Positions 37,363 through 51,282 of a stretch of DNA of 64,000 nt are shown here, one piece after another. Origin of the DNA: Octopus bimaculoides. Lineage: Eukaryota. Made by a program: the position numbers and the translations under genes. Each line of letters starts with the position of its first letter. Position 1 is the first letter of the stretch. The stretch spans positions 16,524,317 to 16,588,316 of the forward strand of contig NC_068984.1 of the NCBI RefSeq assembly GCF_001194135.2. Reading direction: 5' to 3'. The notes beneath the pieces are model-generated. The model made no database searches and had not been told where the DNA came from. It worked only from the letters and a program-made list of their open reading frames with translations.

Positions 37363-40194
37363 GAAGTGTATAGTGTATATATTAAAATAGTTTGCTTTGA
37401 GCCTGATGGGGCCAGAACTTATCTGAGTTTCAAAGTCTTTTAGGAGATTGCAAATACATGATCCTTCCAACTCCCATAAACTGAATGGGACACCAGTGGT
37501 GATTTAGATTTTAAACACCTCACCCACCCCATTTGCTGTTAGCATTCATTTTCAACCTTACTGAACTAGAGCAAAGTGAAATGTTGTACCTTGCTCAAGG
37601 ACGCAATATGCTTTCAAATCTAAGAATTGAAACCACAACCTAATGGTCATGAGTTTGATACCTTATTCACTAGTTCACACATCTTCACATATATAGAACT
37701 AGAACCACATTACCCAATATATTAGATAGAGAGTCATTTGAGGAAGATTTGGCAGCTATTTCTACTGTCCACATAGAAGCCTCCTTCATTGACTCAGTCA
37801 TATTTTTCCTAATCTTACAAATGTGCTAGACCAGTGAGTTAACAAAATATGTAAATACCCAAACTGTCTTAAAACTATTTTTATTTATTTTTGTATCCTG
37901 TTCTCTGTCCAAATTTTATCAATGATGACTTTGTCTTTCATCTCTTAAAATATCATAAAATAGATGTACCAGTAATTAATCAGGTTTATTTAATGGACTA
38001 TATATTGATCCTTTTTAATGATTCTTTTAACCATGTTTCAAAGGAAGTTTTTAATTGATTACCAGGACCCCCATCTGAAGGTTGTATGGCCTAGTAGTCA
38101 TGATATTTGACTCAAAATCTTTAGGTCATTGTTCTAATTGTTTCAATTCCCATACCAGGATGCACATGTTCTTGAACAAAACATGTTCTTGAGCAAAACA
38201 GTTCATATTGTTTCAGCCCACTGAACTGTAAATAAGTACCAGCATCGTCAGGGAGTAAATCCTGCAAAATACTGGCACCTTTTTTCAGTGGAAGTATTGT
38301 AATCCCAGTTATTTGTTCGCCAGGGAAACAAGGTGAAGTTTTAGCTTAACAAGGCTGTAGGATTGTGACTTTGATATGGACAACAGTTTTTCACTTTTTA
38401 TTTATTTTATTGATCTCTATTCACATGATGACATCACAATCCCTGTCAACTAATCCTCTTTGAAGATATGTGCAATGAGAGATCACTCACATGGAAAACG
38501 AGTAAGAGTTAGGCATCCATCCAGCTGTGAAACAAAGCCTCAGTTCAATAATGTATTCATCCAATTCATGCTAGCTTGGAAATACAGATTTAAAAACAAG
38601 TGAATATATACTACAAAGAAGTCAGTGAGCCAGTGGAATTGTTAGCACACAGAGCAAAATGCTAAGCAGCATTTCAGCCATCTTTATAATCTAAGTTCAA
38701 ATTCTGCCATGGTCAACTTTGCCTTTCATCCTTTTGGAGTCCATAAAATAAGTTCCAGATGAGCATTGAGGTCAATGTAATCAACTTAGCCCCTCTCTCT
38801 ATAATTGTTGACCCTGATCCAAAATTTAAAACCAAAATATACCACCGAGAGTTTCTGTTCAATACACATTTCTATCAGCAATCTTTCACATTATATTATA
38901 AGCTATAATACTGTTGACCATATTATAAGTTTTCATATTACATATTATAAACATTGTTGCTTCCCCTCGTTCCCTCCCCCTCTGTATACCCATACTCTCA
39001 CCAGACACCATATTCTCCCCACTCCTGACACATGACTCCTTGACGATACCTTGCCAGCACTTGCCACCATCTCTCTCTTCCTTACTCTACCATCCCATCT
39101 ATGTCCTGATTCCCATTCTTTGCAAGTATACCCTGACACTTGCCACCATCCCTCTCCTGCTCTTGCTATCCCCTACTCTCTCTCTCTCTTTCCCTTGCTC
39201 TCCCCTCTAGCTGAGTAATCATGTGTCTCCTCTACAGCAACAAACCTATTTCTGCCCTCATTCTTGATCACTCTCTCTCCCTCCTTTCCTTGCCCATACC
39301 TCTCGTTAGGTAATCATGAATTTTCTTTACAGCAGCACACCTCTTTCTTGTTAACCCCCACTCTCTCTCTAGGTAGCTGTTTCTGCTCTCATTCTTGTTA
39401 ATTCTCACTCTCTTTCTCTTCCATTCTCTCTGGCTGGGTAACCATGGACCTCCACTGCAGCAAGATATCTATTTCTGCCTTTCTGTCACACTCGAATATT
39501 TCATCATCTGACCCAAGATCCCTTCCACTCAATGACTCTTTGTCTTGCAAAGTCACTTGGTGACCCTGCCAGTGCAGGTGCCACTTAAAAAGTGGCACCA
39601 TTTGGAAGGACATCCAGTTATAAAAACCATGCCAAAACTGACCTTGCCTGTGCTGGTGCCACATAAAAAGCAAAGCACTCAGCCCATGCTGTGGAGTGGT
39701 TGGTGTAAGGAAGGGCATCCAGCCATAAAAACCATGCCAAGACAGACACAGAAGCATGGTGCAGGCTCCTGCCTGGCCAGTTCCTATCAATCCATCCAAC
39801 CCATACCAGTATGGAGGGAGGACGTTAAATGATGATGATGATGATTGTATTATGCATAAGTTTGTATATTATATTTTATATATTATATTATAAAGCCAGT
39901 CAAACATTATATTACAAGTTTATATATTATATATTATATTAAAACATTATACAATAAACTAAAGTACTGCCAAACATTACAGCATGAATTATTAATTTGA
40001 TTAGCTTTGAAGATCAAATAGTTTCATCAGAACAGAATATTACTTGCTCTTTGGTGGCATATAATTACTAATATTTAACAGTTAATGGAAGAAATTTGTA
40101 TAAAATTCTTTTTATCACTTATTTCTCTTTTCTTTTCAAGTGTTTATTAGTCTAGTGTTTCCTTTGCTTATATATGTAATTTTTTTTTTTGCAG

Positions 40195-40787
40195 GTACAA
40201 GGACGACCAAGGGAGTTAAAGGTGTCAAAGGAAGCCCTGGACATTTGGCAGTCAGCATTTTTTATCTTCATAAAAAGGCCATTAAAAAATTCAGCATACC
40301 TTACGAGAGAAAGAACTATGAACTGGACATTTATCCACTACTGGTCAATCTCTTTAGTGGACATATTAACATCACCTTAGATGATAAGCTGGAGGTAGCC
40401 GAGCACATTGCTGTGGCCTTTGCAGTCGGATTGCTTCATGTCCTCTGTCAACCTCACCCGAAAGGATGGAACCCTCAAGTTGCTGCAGTATCTTCACAAA
40501 GCTCAGCGAAAATCTCACAGGAATTCGTGCCTTCTGAAAACATGGTTTTGGTTCAAGCTGGTGGTTATCATGTAGACACACCTTCAAACTATTATTACTC
40601 TCAGAACAATGTGTCATGTGTGTCAGCTGGCTGTGGATGTGGAGATCTTGGAATCAGTGAACTTGGCTGCATTGATGGCTCAGGTGGTTGTGGTGGGTGT
40701 GGTGGATGTGGCGGTTGTGGTGGGTGTGGGGGCTGTGGAGGCTGTGGTGGTGGTTGTGGTGGTGGCTGTGGAGGATGTGGGGGGTGA
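40195..40787 (+). CDS. GRDP-like protein, last coding exon with Gly/Cys-rich tail
   Basis: T-tract+gcag acceptor, phase 1 matches exon 3. Reads GTRTTKGVKGVKGSPGHL...HIAVAFAVGLLHVLCQPHP... and ends in (GGC)n repeats and TGA at 40785-87. Joined CDS is 2271 nt = 756 aa + stop. Confidence 0.88.
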
Positions 40788-41018
40788 ACAGTGTAAAACA
40801 TGCTTATCACTTACAATCAGAACATCACATAACTTATGTCAACACATATGTACACACACATACACACTTTCACGTATATAGAAGTATATACACAATATGG
40901 TGTGAAGAGCATTATGTTATTTACATTTTCCTATATGTATGTCTTGGTGAATGTATGCGTGATCTAGGCACCTCATACCTCTATGAATGGATTTATGTTT
41001 ACATACGCACAACACATA

Positions 41019-41049
<31 letters not shown>

Positions 41050-42844
41050 TGAGGAAGAATGAGAGCAAAAGATACTATGTTTATAAATACATAGATGTAT
41101 GAATGATTGATTTAGTTAACAATGAAGTTTGTAAATTGCCAATAACAACATATTTTCAAAATTCCACTTAAGATTTATTCTGAGATCATGCAATCCTGAA
41201 ATGCTTATATTTTATTAGTTTACCTTTTACTGTCTTCTAGGTATTTAATTCCAAATAGCAGTAAAGTCTCTGCAATGTCTTTTCTTTTTACTGTAGTGAT
41301 TCTACCTAAGAAATGAATATAAAGAAACCATCCAACGGTTCTGCATTAATACTTGTGACATTCACTCTAAAGTGCAATTATGATAATTAGCATTAACGAG
41401 CATGAAGGTTAAAAATAGAATTATTTTTGCTAAAGTTTTTCATGTTTGCTCACTGAGTCATTAAGGAAATGATATATTTGATTGTTAAATTGTTGTTGTT
41501 GTTAAGGTTCATTTCAGCTCTGCATGAGCAAACCTAATGATTAAAGGCATTCCAACTATGACGTCCTGTCTCTTATACATACTGCATTGCATACTATGTA
41601 TCCTTCTCTATGTAAAGCTGAGATAAGATGTGATTCAAGAAAGATTTGGCTGCTATTTCTAAAAAGTCAAGCAGCATTGTAGAGGCTCATTTACTTGTTA
41701 GGTCGTTGTTGTTGTTGCTGTTGTCGTCATCACCACTATTGTAGTGACCACTGGCCTTATATGTCTTTTCCTTTCAAATATTAAAATATGTATCAATGTT
41801 TCTAATTAGATATTAGTGTAAGCAGACAAAAACAGGTATTATTTGATGTTTTATTGGGAATAACTTACTCAGTCATATAGGATGTCACAGGATCTATTAT
41901 GCTATTATTTTTACATAAGAACATCATATTGCATTTGGAGTTACAGAAGGTCTTGATGGCCTTTGTAGTTATGTGCCTTGTGAGAATGGGTTAGCTTTAA
42001 ATTGTTATTAAGACACTTTTTGTCCCACCTTTGAAGTCTGCAATTCTCATCCAAACAGATGATAGTTCCTCACTTATGCCTTATTCTTCCCAAAGCTTAA
42101 AACTAAGGTTGTTCATGGGGCCTATCTGTAAGTGACTTTGGTTGAAAATTGGATTCTTTTTCTTCTTCTTTATAGTTTAGTCTCTTTTGAAATAAGAATC
42201 TTTGGTGAAATTCATGGTTGCATAGCTCTTAAGTGTTTAAGTGGACGTGGAGAAAAGATTATATGTAGGTAATGTAGGTGCATTCATTTCTGGTAATTTT
42301 TAACTACACTCATAAACCTTTCTCATTCAACAAAAAGATAGGATTTAATCTATTTATTTGAAATGTCAAAATATTTTTCTGTTTGTCCGAGACAGCTTCC
42401 TCCTTTTTGACTGAATAATTAACAACCAACTCATATCTGCTTCTGGCTGAGGCATCCATGGATGGTCTGTTGTTTGTTCTTTTTGTATTAAAAGTGTACA
42501 AAATAAGGGCTTTGTTCACCACCTTTGCAGTCATCTTGCCCTCCATGACAGTGAAACTGAAGCAGCCAGTGTCCAGTTTGAACAGTTGTTGGTAAATAGC
42601 TGCAGGAAAAACATGGCTGAGGAGGGAACCTTGATTTATATACTTTGGAGTGAGCTGGCAGAATCGTTAGCTGATTAGATGAAATGCTTAGGGGCATTTC
42701 TTCCATCTCCTTACATTCTTAGTTCAAATGAGGTCTGATTTGCCTTTCATCCTTTTTGTGGGTTTGATTAAATAAGTACTAGAATTGATTACATGACTTG
42801 CCCTCTCCTCTGAAATGACCGGCCTTGTCCCATAATTAGAAAGA

Positions 42845-42880
<36 letters not shown>

Positions 42881-43206
42881 TTAATGTGGCAAAATGGCAG
42901 AGTTGTTATACTTTAACAGCATTTCATCCATCTTTACATTCTGAGTTTAAATTCCACTGGGGTCAACTTTACCTTTCATCCTTTCAGAATCAATAGCACT
43001 AGAGTCGATGTATTCAACTTACCCCATCCCCTAAAATTGCTGACTTTGTACCAAAATTTGAAACCATTATTATTATCATCATCATCATTATCATTACACT
43101 AGTGCATACTAATTTAGTTAGTAAGTCTTTTTGTCTTAATGTTTGCTGACAACTAAGTCTCCTTAAGTCTCAAGAATCTTCCTTAGGTTTCTTGCAGAAT
43201 ATAGGA

Positions 43207-43237
<31 letters not shown>

Positions 43238-43479
43238 TATTATTCTTTTTTTTTATTAAAGAATAGCAGATTCAATAGTGTTGAATAAAATGCCTTGCAG
43301 TATTAGTTTATATCCTTTCACATTGTAACTTCATCCCTCTAGTATTAATAAAATGTGTACCAGTAATAATCTGAGACACTATTCAATCAAGTATTGATAT
43401 ATATGTTAACACACATTATAAACCATACAAATAGCCTAACAGATCCACAATCCTTCATATATATATATATTCTGAAATA

Positions 43480-43684
43480 TATTTATAAATATATAAAATA
43501 TATGCATAAATATTTATACATATAAATATATGCATAAATATTTATATTTATAAATATATATATAAATATTTATATATATAAATATATCTATAAATATTTA
43601 TATATATAAAAATATCTATAAATATTTATATATATAAGTATTTATATAAATAGATATATAAATATGTAAATGTATAGAAATATA

Positions 43685-43719
<35 letters not shown>

Positions 43720-43720
43720 G
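43480..43720. repeat. AT-rich minisatellite (ATATATAAATATTT-like) and (TA)n
   Basis: Directly visible. Confidence 0.7.
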
Positions 43721-44117
43721 TATTCTGAAATATATTTACAGATGTAAGCATATTCATATTTACAGGTTATTTATACATCATATCTGTTATTAAGAATTTC
43801 ATGGTTCCTTCTCAAATTACACACACATTTCAGGAGTAATTAGTAGTCAGGTTGTCTGTGAGAGATTTTATTCTTTTAAACGTTCTTGTTTTCACTGTTC
43901 CTAAGGTGTTAGAGTTCTTGAATTTATGCTTTATACAATTTAATCTCTCTCTCTCTCTCTCTCTCCTCCTGTTCCCCTTAATTGTTGTTCCTCTCTATTC
44001 CACATAACATAACCTGGCAGGTTCTTCATATTACCTTTGGTATCACCACATCAAGCAAATCTACAACATTTTGTCCATGGCATGATTATCATTATGGCAT
44101 TTCAGAGAAAGGCAACA

Positions 44118-44190
44118 TTTTCTTTGGTGAAGTAGTTATCACATCTGCTTAACATGCAGAAGGTCGCGAGTTCGAAACTCGCTGGAACCT
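44118..44190 (+). pseudogene. tRNA-Val(AAC)-like pseudogene
   Basis: Anticodon arm TCTGC-TTAACAT-GCAGA, T arm GCGAG-TTCGAAA-CTCGC, 3' acceptor TGGAACC and D region GTGAAGTAGTTATCAC resemble eukaryotic tRNA-Val. The 5' acceptor strand (TTTTCTT) is mispaired and there is no CCA. Confidence 0.65.
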
Positions 44191-44204
44191 ATGTATTTTT
44201 CTGT

Positions 44205-44463
44205 GCAGGTAGCATGTAAAAGACATCATTTGAACACGGCCGTTGTCAGTACTGCCGGACTGGCCCTCATGCCAGTGGCACGTAAAAAGCACCCACTACA
44301 CTCTTGGAGTGATTGGCGTTAGGAAGGGCATCCAGCTGTAGAAACTCTGCCTGATCAGATTGGAGTCTGGGTAGCCATCTGGTTCACCAGTCCTCAGTTA
44401 AATCGTCCAACCCATGCTAGCATGGAAAGCGGACGTTAAATGATGATGATGATGATGATGATG
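44205..44463 (+). mobile_element. RTE-LINE 3' UTR fragment
   Basis: Same family; begins about 15 bp after the tRNA-Val pseudogene. Confidence 0.7.
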
Positions 44464-45853
44464 ATGGAGAGCTTCATGTGCTTTATAAGTTCAAGTGTAA
44501 ATGTCCAGCTGCCTTGTTGTTGTTGTCATTGTTGTTATTTAGCCCTAGGACAGCTGTGATCAAATATAACAATGACCAAACACATTCCATAGTGACCATA
44601 CAGTATATATAATAAGTACAGCATTTAGAGTCTCCTGGTGTTTGTTGGATTGTCTTCTTGTGCTGTTTGCTGTTCAGGTGTTCACTTGCATGTGGTACCT
44701 GGTTTTCATTCTTGGTTTTAACCATTCCATTTCACTGACATTACTCATAATCTTGTAAGTAGTATATCCTCTGAAGCTTTCTACCTGCTATGGAAATCAA
44801 TATTCTATGTAATTATCCTAATACAGAAGGATGAAAGACACAGTCAACCTTGAACTCAACATGTACAAAGCTGGTATAAATATTATAAGGTCTTTTGTCC
44901 CACACTTCAATGCTTCTGCCAATTTGCTACTACTACTATTACTAATAATAATAAGAAGAAGTACTGCCCACATCCTTAGAAAAACCCTATCCATTTAAAT
45001 GTCTGTGTTGTATTACATGAAGGTATTTCACTACTTCCCCTCCCCAAGCTTTCAGTCATATTGCAACATCGCTTATCCTTCACTCGCCCCAGGACGCTGG
45101 GTGTGTCTTGGCAAGTGACTTTAACAAAGATGCAGATTAAAAGTTAAAATAATTATAATAATAATAATAATAATAATGATAATAATGGTGATGATGAGGA
45201 TATTCATAACTTATGTAGAAGGCCGCAAATTTGTAATAGGGATGGCAGAATAAGGTCGTTGAATCAACTCTAGTATAAAACTAGAACAGCAAATATGAGC
45301 CAACAAAGGGAAACTCTACAGGGTTACATGACCTGCTTGAAACAGCAGCCAAACCACCCTTAAATCACATCTTCCTACTGTCTCATAAGCAGGAAGTACA
45401 CACTATTTAATGTAGACTGGGACACGTTGAGAATTGAAAAACAAAATAGTTATAGCTGGAATGATTCCATTTGGATTTGCTCAATCATGCAGACCTGTTG
45501 ACAACAACAACAACAAAACTAGCACTAATTACAATAGAAATAATTGTTTCTAACATTTGTCAACTATTTCAGATATCATAATAGTAATTACAACTATTTC
45601 TGGCAAAGACTCAGATTTTTAAATGGTATTTTTACATATTGGAAAATTGGTAAATGTCTTCACCTTCAATGAATTTTAGCATGCAATATTTCCTAATTAG
45701 ATACGAAACTAAAAACTAAATTACCTTTCCCATGGGTACATTACTATGACTTCAATAGGGAAACAAACCCTTGGCCTTTACCTATTCAGTGCTTCATCAG
45801 TTGTTGAGGTAACATAGCAAGTACAGTTATACAGTACAGTAATTTTTTTGTAA

Positions 45854-46011
45854 GAGTGGCTGTGTGGTAAGTAGCTTGCTTACCAACAACATGGTTCCGG
45901 GTTCGGTCCCACTGCATGGCATCTTGGGCAAGTGTCTTCTACTATAGCCTTGGGCCCACCAAAGCCTTGTGAGTGGATTTGGTAGATGGAAACTGAAAGA
46001 AGCCCATCGTA

Positions 46012-46070
<59 letters not shown>

Positions 46071-46280
46071 ATGCGTTTGTGTGTCTGTGTTTGTCCCCCC
46101 CAACATCACTTGACAACCGATGCTGGTGTGTTTATGTCCCCGTAACTTAACGGTTAAGCAAAAGAGACCGATAGAATAAGTACTAGGCTTCCAAAGAATA
46201 AGTCCAGGGATCGAGTTGCCCAACTAAAGGTGGTGCTCCAGCATGGCCACAGTCAAAAGACTGAAACAAGTAAAAGAGTA
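45854..46280 (+). mobile_element. SINE family A, young
   Basis: Close to consensus, with a (TA)n centre. Confidence 0.7.
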
Positions 46281-48461
46281 ATATTATCAGATGTGATTTT
46301 AAATTCTGAACCCTGTGTAGCAGAAGTCTTGAACTAAGGAGCAATACGTTAGTCTATAATTGATATTTAGTGTCATTGCTTTAAGACTTTCAAACAAATA
46401 CACTTTTAGCAAGAAAATATTTGAGAAAAATATTTAAATTTAGAGATATTAGTCATAAGGCAGATGTATGTATGCATGTATTGCTGCTGCTGCTGCTGGA
46501 CTCTCCTTCATCACTTTGATAAATGATGGTTCAGTGTGACACAGCATCAACGTTCTTCAATGTTTGTCCAATCTTTGAACTTATGAAGGACATGTGATGG
46601 TGTTGGTGCTGGTGTCTCGATTTGCTGAACAACCAGCACAATGACTATTATTATAGTGGGCAAGGTTTGTGCAGAGTCAGTCCCACTCTCTCGTCTTCCA
46701 AACTTGCATTTGTCTGGTACAAGTGTCACAAACCCAGTAGTTGTTGGGGTGCAGGATCTGTATTGAGTTACCTTCTCTTAGACAAGCAGCGAAAGAGCTG
46801 AAGAGCTTCTTCTTCCCTAGATTTGTTGGGTGTCTGTGATTGACCTTCTTATAGAAACAATTCCATGACCACTGGGACCCCGAGAGGGGCTACTACTTGT
46901 GGTCACAATAGACCTAGGCACAATAATGGCTAAAACACGGTTCCATATTCCTCAAAACCCTAGACCTGAACCAGGTCTTCACTACTGGATGCAGTTTAAA
47001 GATATACACAGGACACACTGTATGTATATATGTATAGATAGAGAGAGAGAGAGGCGTTTTATAGTAAAACACGTTTCTATTTTTTTTTAAGTTAAGGTTG
47101 GTTTGGAACTCTGGTGATTAATATAATACAGATCATTTGGTATTAATGAGATTTTTTTTAGCAACTCTTTTTAAAAAGAAACTTCTTGAGAACAACCTAC
47201 AAATTCAAAATAATAATATTGACTAATTTTTGTCACTTATTCTGGAATATTAATAGCTCTAATTTTCATATAGTTTATCTGAGACAATGAATGGGGAAAT
47301 CTTATAACTTTAAAGCACTACAATAAATGCAGATGAAACTGACATTGCAGGGGTTCATGCTGACTGATTTATTAGGACCTAAAATTAGATATTACAAGTT
47401 GAGCTGGTAAAGATTTTATAGAAGAAATATTGAGCAACATACATTGTTAAACTAATGATAAAAATATTTCTTGGTATTTAAATACTTAACAGACGTTTTA
47501 GTAAATGTAAACTAAGAATGAATGGAAACACATTAAATACTGTTTTAACAACTCATTATAACAATAATTTGATAATTCTATTTGCTAAAGATGAGAGCCA
47601 ATATAAATCTAATTATACATCTAATTATTTTCTTGAAAATTTAATTCATATTTCACATATTCACTTATATATATGTACACACACACACACACACACATAC
47701 GTACATACATACATACATACATACACACACATATATGCATATTTAAATGTGTGTTGTGTGTATTACATCAACTCATACTTACATGTATATTATTGTGTTT
47801 TTCCATCTACATACATATATGTATCACACCAACAAATATATTATTATGTGCGAAATAACCTTTAAAATTTCATGGCTGAAAACTAAACCTACAGTTGACG
47901 ATTTGTTGATAACGAGCCCCTTTGGTATATTTGAAAGAGGGTTTCAAATTTAATGTTCTTCCAATATTTTTGTTATTAGTTGGTTGTTTTTGATTTAATA
48001 ACCTCTCTTGGTAACTAATTCCAGTTTTCATGTATTTTATTCAAAATTTGTTTGCTGCTTTGTAAGCTGGTTGCATTGCTTCTACAATAACTTATGTAAA
48101 CAACCTCTTAAGACTGATGGAATTCTAAGATTCCGTGTTTGTTGAGGTTGGTTTGCCTGTTATCATTTTATAGTCATTTATCTTCTGTCTGTGAAAAACT
48201 GAAAGCAACAAGCGCCTTAAGTCTGGCCTCATTTGGCAGATGTAAATTAATTGTGTGAATATGCATTACATTTACATGTGTGCTATATTTATAATATTTA
48301 CACATTATGTTAACATGTATGTATATGATCTGTCTCTACTCATATATTTCCCTCTGTGTATGTACTACATGCACCACATCTACATTAACCTTAATGTGTG
48401 TACATTAACCTTGATACATCAACAAATTTAATCATCTACAATAGCATTAATCATGTGTTTA

Positions 48462-48507
<46 letters not shown>

Positions 48508-50379
48508 TTCTATATATATATGCAGTCGGTAATGGGTATGAAAACAACATTTTGGTTCTAAGAGTCAAAAAAGAAAATTATATAAGAATCCTCTAATATC
48601 ATATTAGCATATAAAAAATAAATTCCAATATATTTCCCAAATTTGAAGCTAATTCTCTTGAAATTCTATCTCACTTTTTTGTAAAGCTTCATAAATTCTA
48701 TTTTATTTTATTTTATTTTTGTAGAAATTACTTATTTTGCTTTAAATATTTTCAAAAGAAATTTCATACATTTGAATTTATTTGTTTTTATTTTGTTTAC
48801 TTTTTTTCTGTCATTCAGTTGATTAAAAATTTAAAATATCAGAATATTCATAACAAAGGATTCTATAATTTTCTTCTACATTTTTTTAAAGCTTGTTTTT
48901 TTTATTTTTCAAATTTTATTGCTATCAATATGGTGAGTTTACTTTGAAATTAGGTGAAAGTAAATTTTATATTTACAAAGTAAAAAGATAAACTTCACTA
49001 AGATAAAATTTTTGGCATTGGTTATCTCAGAGTTTCCGCAAGAAATGTATCTGTACCAATTGTTGTTGATTAAATAATTTTTTTTTTTTTTCTTTCACAA
49101 GTCAAACTATTACGCTTCATTGAAAAATTATCTACATGAGCAGGTGATGATATGCAACAGCATGAAATGACATGCAGTGACATGCAATAATTATGCCACA
49201 ATGTTTCAACATTTTGTGAGATTTAAAAACTGAAATATAACAAGTATCTACAAGCAGTCGATGAATAAAGGCACATTTGGAAACTAAATGAGAAGGAACA
49301 AGACTATTTATCCAAAATTACAAATATATCCCAAGTTGTTTATTGTGCACTGCTGTAATTAGGTATGCAGCACTGTACACCGTGATATATATATATATAT
49401 ATAAAACACAGTACAAAGCATATCTATATTAACATATATGATTATAATTATTATAACCCTGGAAAAACTCTTTGGCAATATATATTGAATTGTATTATAG
49501 CTGCAACATGCAAAAGCAATCAATACATTTTCCCACCTCTCAGGCTGGATATTAAGTTGGAATTCTGTTCCGGGAAATTTCACGGAGATTTAGCAAAGAA
49601 TTTGAGTTAAAAATGATAAATATCAGGTTCTATGGCAGTTTTCAGTGGATGTTCATCATATTTAATTTGATATTGAAATTCTGAAATTCATGTATTTCAA
49701 ACACAAGCTGAGAATAAATTATGCAACTGAATTAAATTAAAAGTTACTTTCATTTTAAAAAGAAACGATATACAAAGAATAACCTGGAAAAAAAAAATAA
49801 AAATCACTTCTTAAAATCAAAAATATACTACATAAAATAATACCTAAGCTTTTGCAATATTTACTGCTGAAAAAAANNNNNNNNNNNNNNNNNNNNNNNN
49901 NNNNNNNNNNNNNNNNNNNNNNNNNNNNNNNNNNNNNNNNNNNNNNNNNNNNNNNNNNNNNNNNNNNNNNNNNNNNTTTTTTGTGTGTTCTCTTGTAAAG
50001 AACATTCCCAAATTCCTAAGCATCTTATTTTGATGCTTTCAAAAACGATGGAGAGATTTAAAAGTAATTCTGATAATAATAACTGCATTCACTGCATACT
50101 GTCCAAATTTATATTGTTGAATTGTTTGATAGTATCTTAACACTCTGACACTCTCATGCATATTCTACTTTGGTATGAACCATTTGTATGCAGCCGTTTG
50201 GACGCTGACGAGCTGGCACGACTGACTGCACATTCAGCCTGTTTCAGTGACTGTTCATTTTGGAGTCGGGAGTAAACACATCCCACACACTTGCATGTAC
50301 ACAAAATGCCTGTACATGCAATGCTTGTACACATACGTGTGTGCATGCACAAGGGCAGAAAAGTAAATATGAATGTAAA

Positions 50380-50851
50380 TAAGGTGGTAAGCTAGCAGAA
50401 ACGTTAGCACGCCGGGCGAAATGCTTAGTAATATTTTGTCTGCCGCTACGTTCTGAGTTCAAATTCTGTTGAGGTTGACTTTGCCTTTCAGCCTTTCAGA
50501 GTTGATAAATTAAGTACCAGTTACACACTGGGGTCGATGTAATCGACTTAATCCCTTTGTCTGTCCTTGTTTGTCCCCTCTATGTTTAGCCCCTTGTGGG
50601 CAATAAAGAAATAAGTAAGGCAGCAAGCTGGCAGAAACGTTAGCACGCCAGACGAAATGCTTTGCGGTATTTCATCTGCCGCTACGTTCTGAGTTCAAAT
50701 TCCGCCGAAGTTGACTTTGCCTTTCATACTTTCGGGATCGATAAATTAAGTACCAGTTACACACTGGGGTCGATGTAATCGACTTAATCCCTTTGTCTGT
50801 CCTTGTTTGTCCCCTCTATGTTTAACCCCTTGTGGGCAATAAAGAAATAAG
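50380..50851 (+). mobile_element. SINE family B, head-to-tail dimer (2 x 236 bp)
   Basis: Two near-identical units (50380..50615, 50616..50851) with a B-box-like GAGTTCAAATTC, flanked by AATGTAAAT. Confidence 0.75.
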
Positions 50852-50896
50852 AAATGTAAATGCAGAAAGATTGAAAGAAAGAGAGATTATTAAAAT

Positions 50897-51282
50897 AAGC
50901 GCAGGAGTGGCTGTATTGTAAACAGCTTGCTTACCAACCACATGGTTCTGTGTTCAGTCCCACTGTGTGGCACCTTGGGCAAGTATCTTGTACCATAGCC
51001 TCAGGCTGACCAAAGCCTTGTGAGTGGATTTGGTAGCCGGAAACTGAAAGAAGCCTGTCATATGTGTGTGTGTTTGTGTGTTTGTCCCCCTAACATCATT
51101 TGACAACCGATGCTAGTGTGCTTACATCCCCGTAACTTAATAGTTCAGGAAAAAGAAACTGATAGAATAAGTACTAGGCTTACAAAGAATAAGTCTTGGG
51201 GTCGATTTGCTAGACTAAAAAAAAAAGGCAGTGCTCTAGCATGGCCGCAGTCAAATGACTGAAACAAGTAAAAGAATAAAAG
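50897..51282 (+). mobile_element. SINE family A
   Basis: Full-length copy right after the family B dimer. Confidence 0.7.

Noticed and set aside
37035-37390. Cys/Pro-rich repetitive ORFs
   Set aside because: Translations of the 19/38-bp minisatellite in all frames.
45740-45812. Minus-strand CTGATGA followed by a hairpin
   Set aside because: No GAAAC and no stem I partner.
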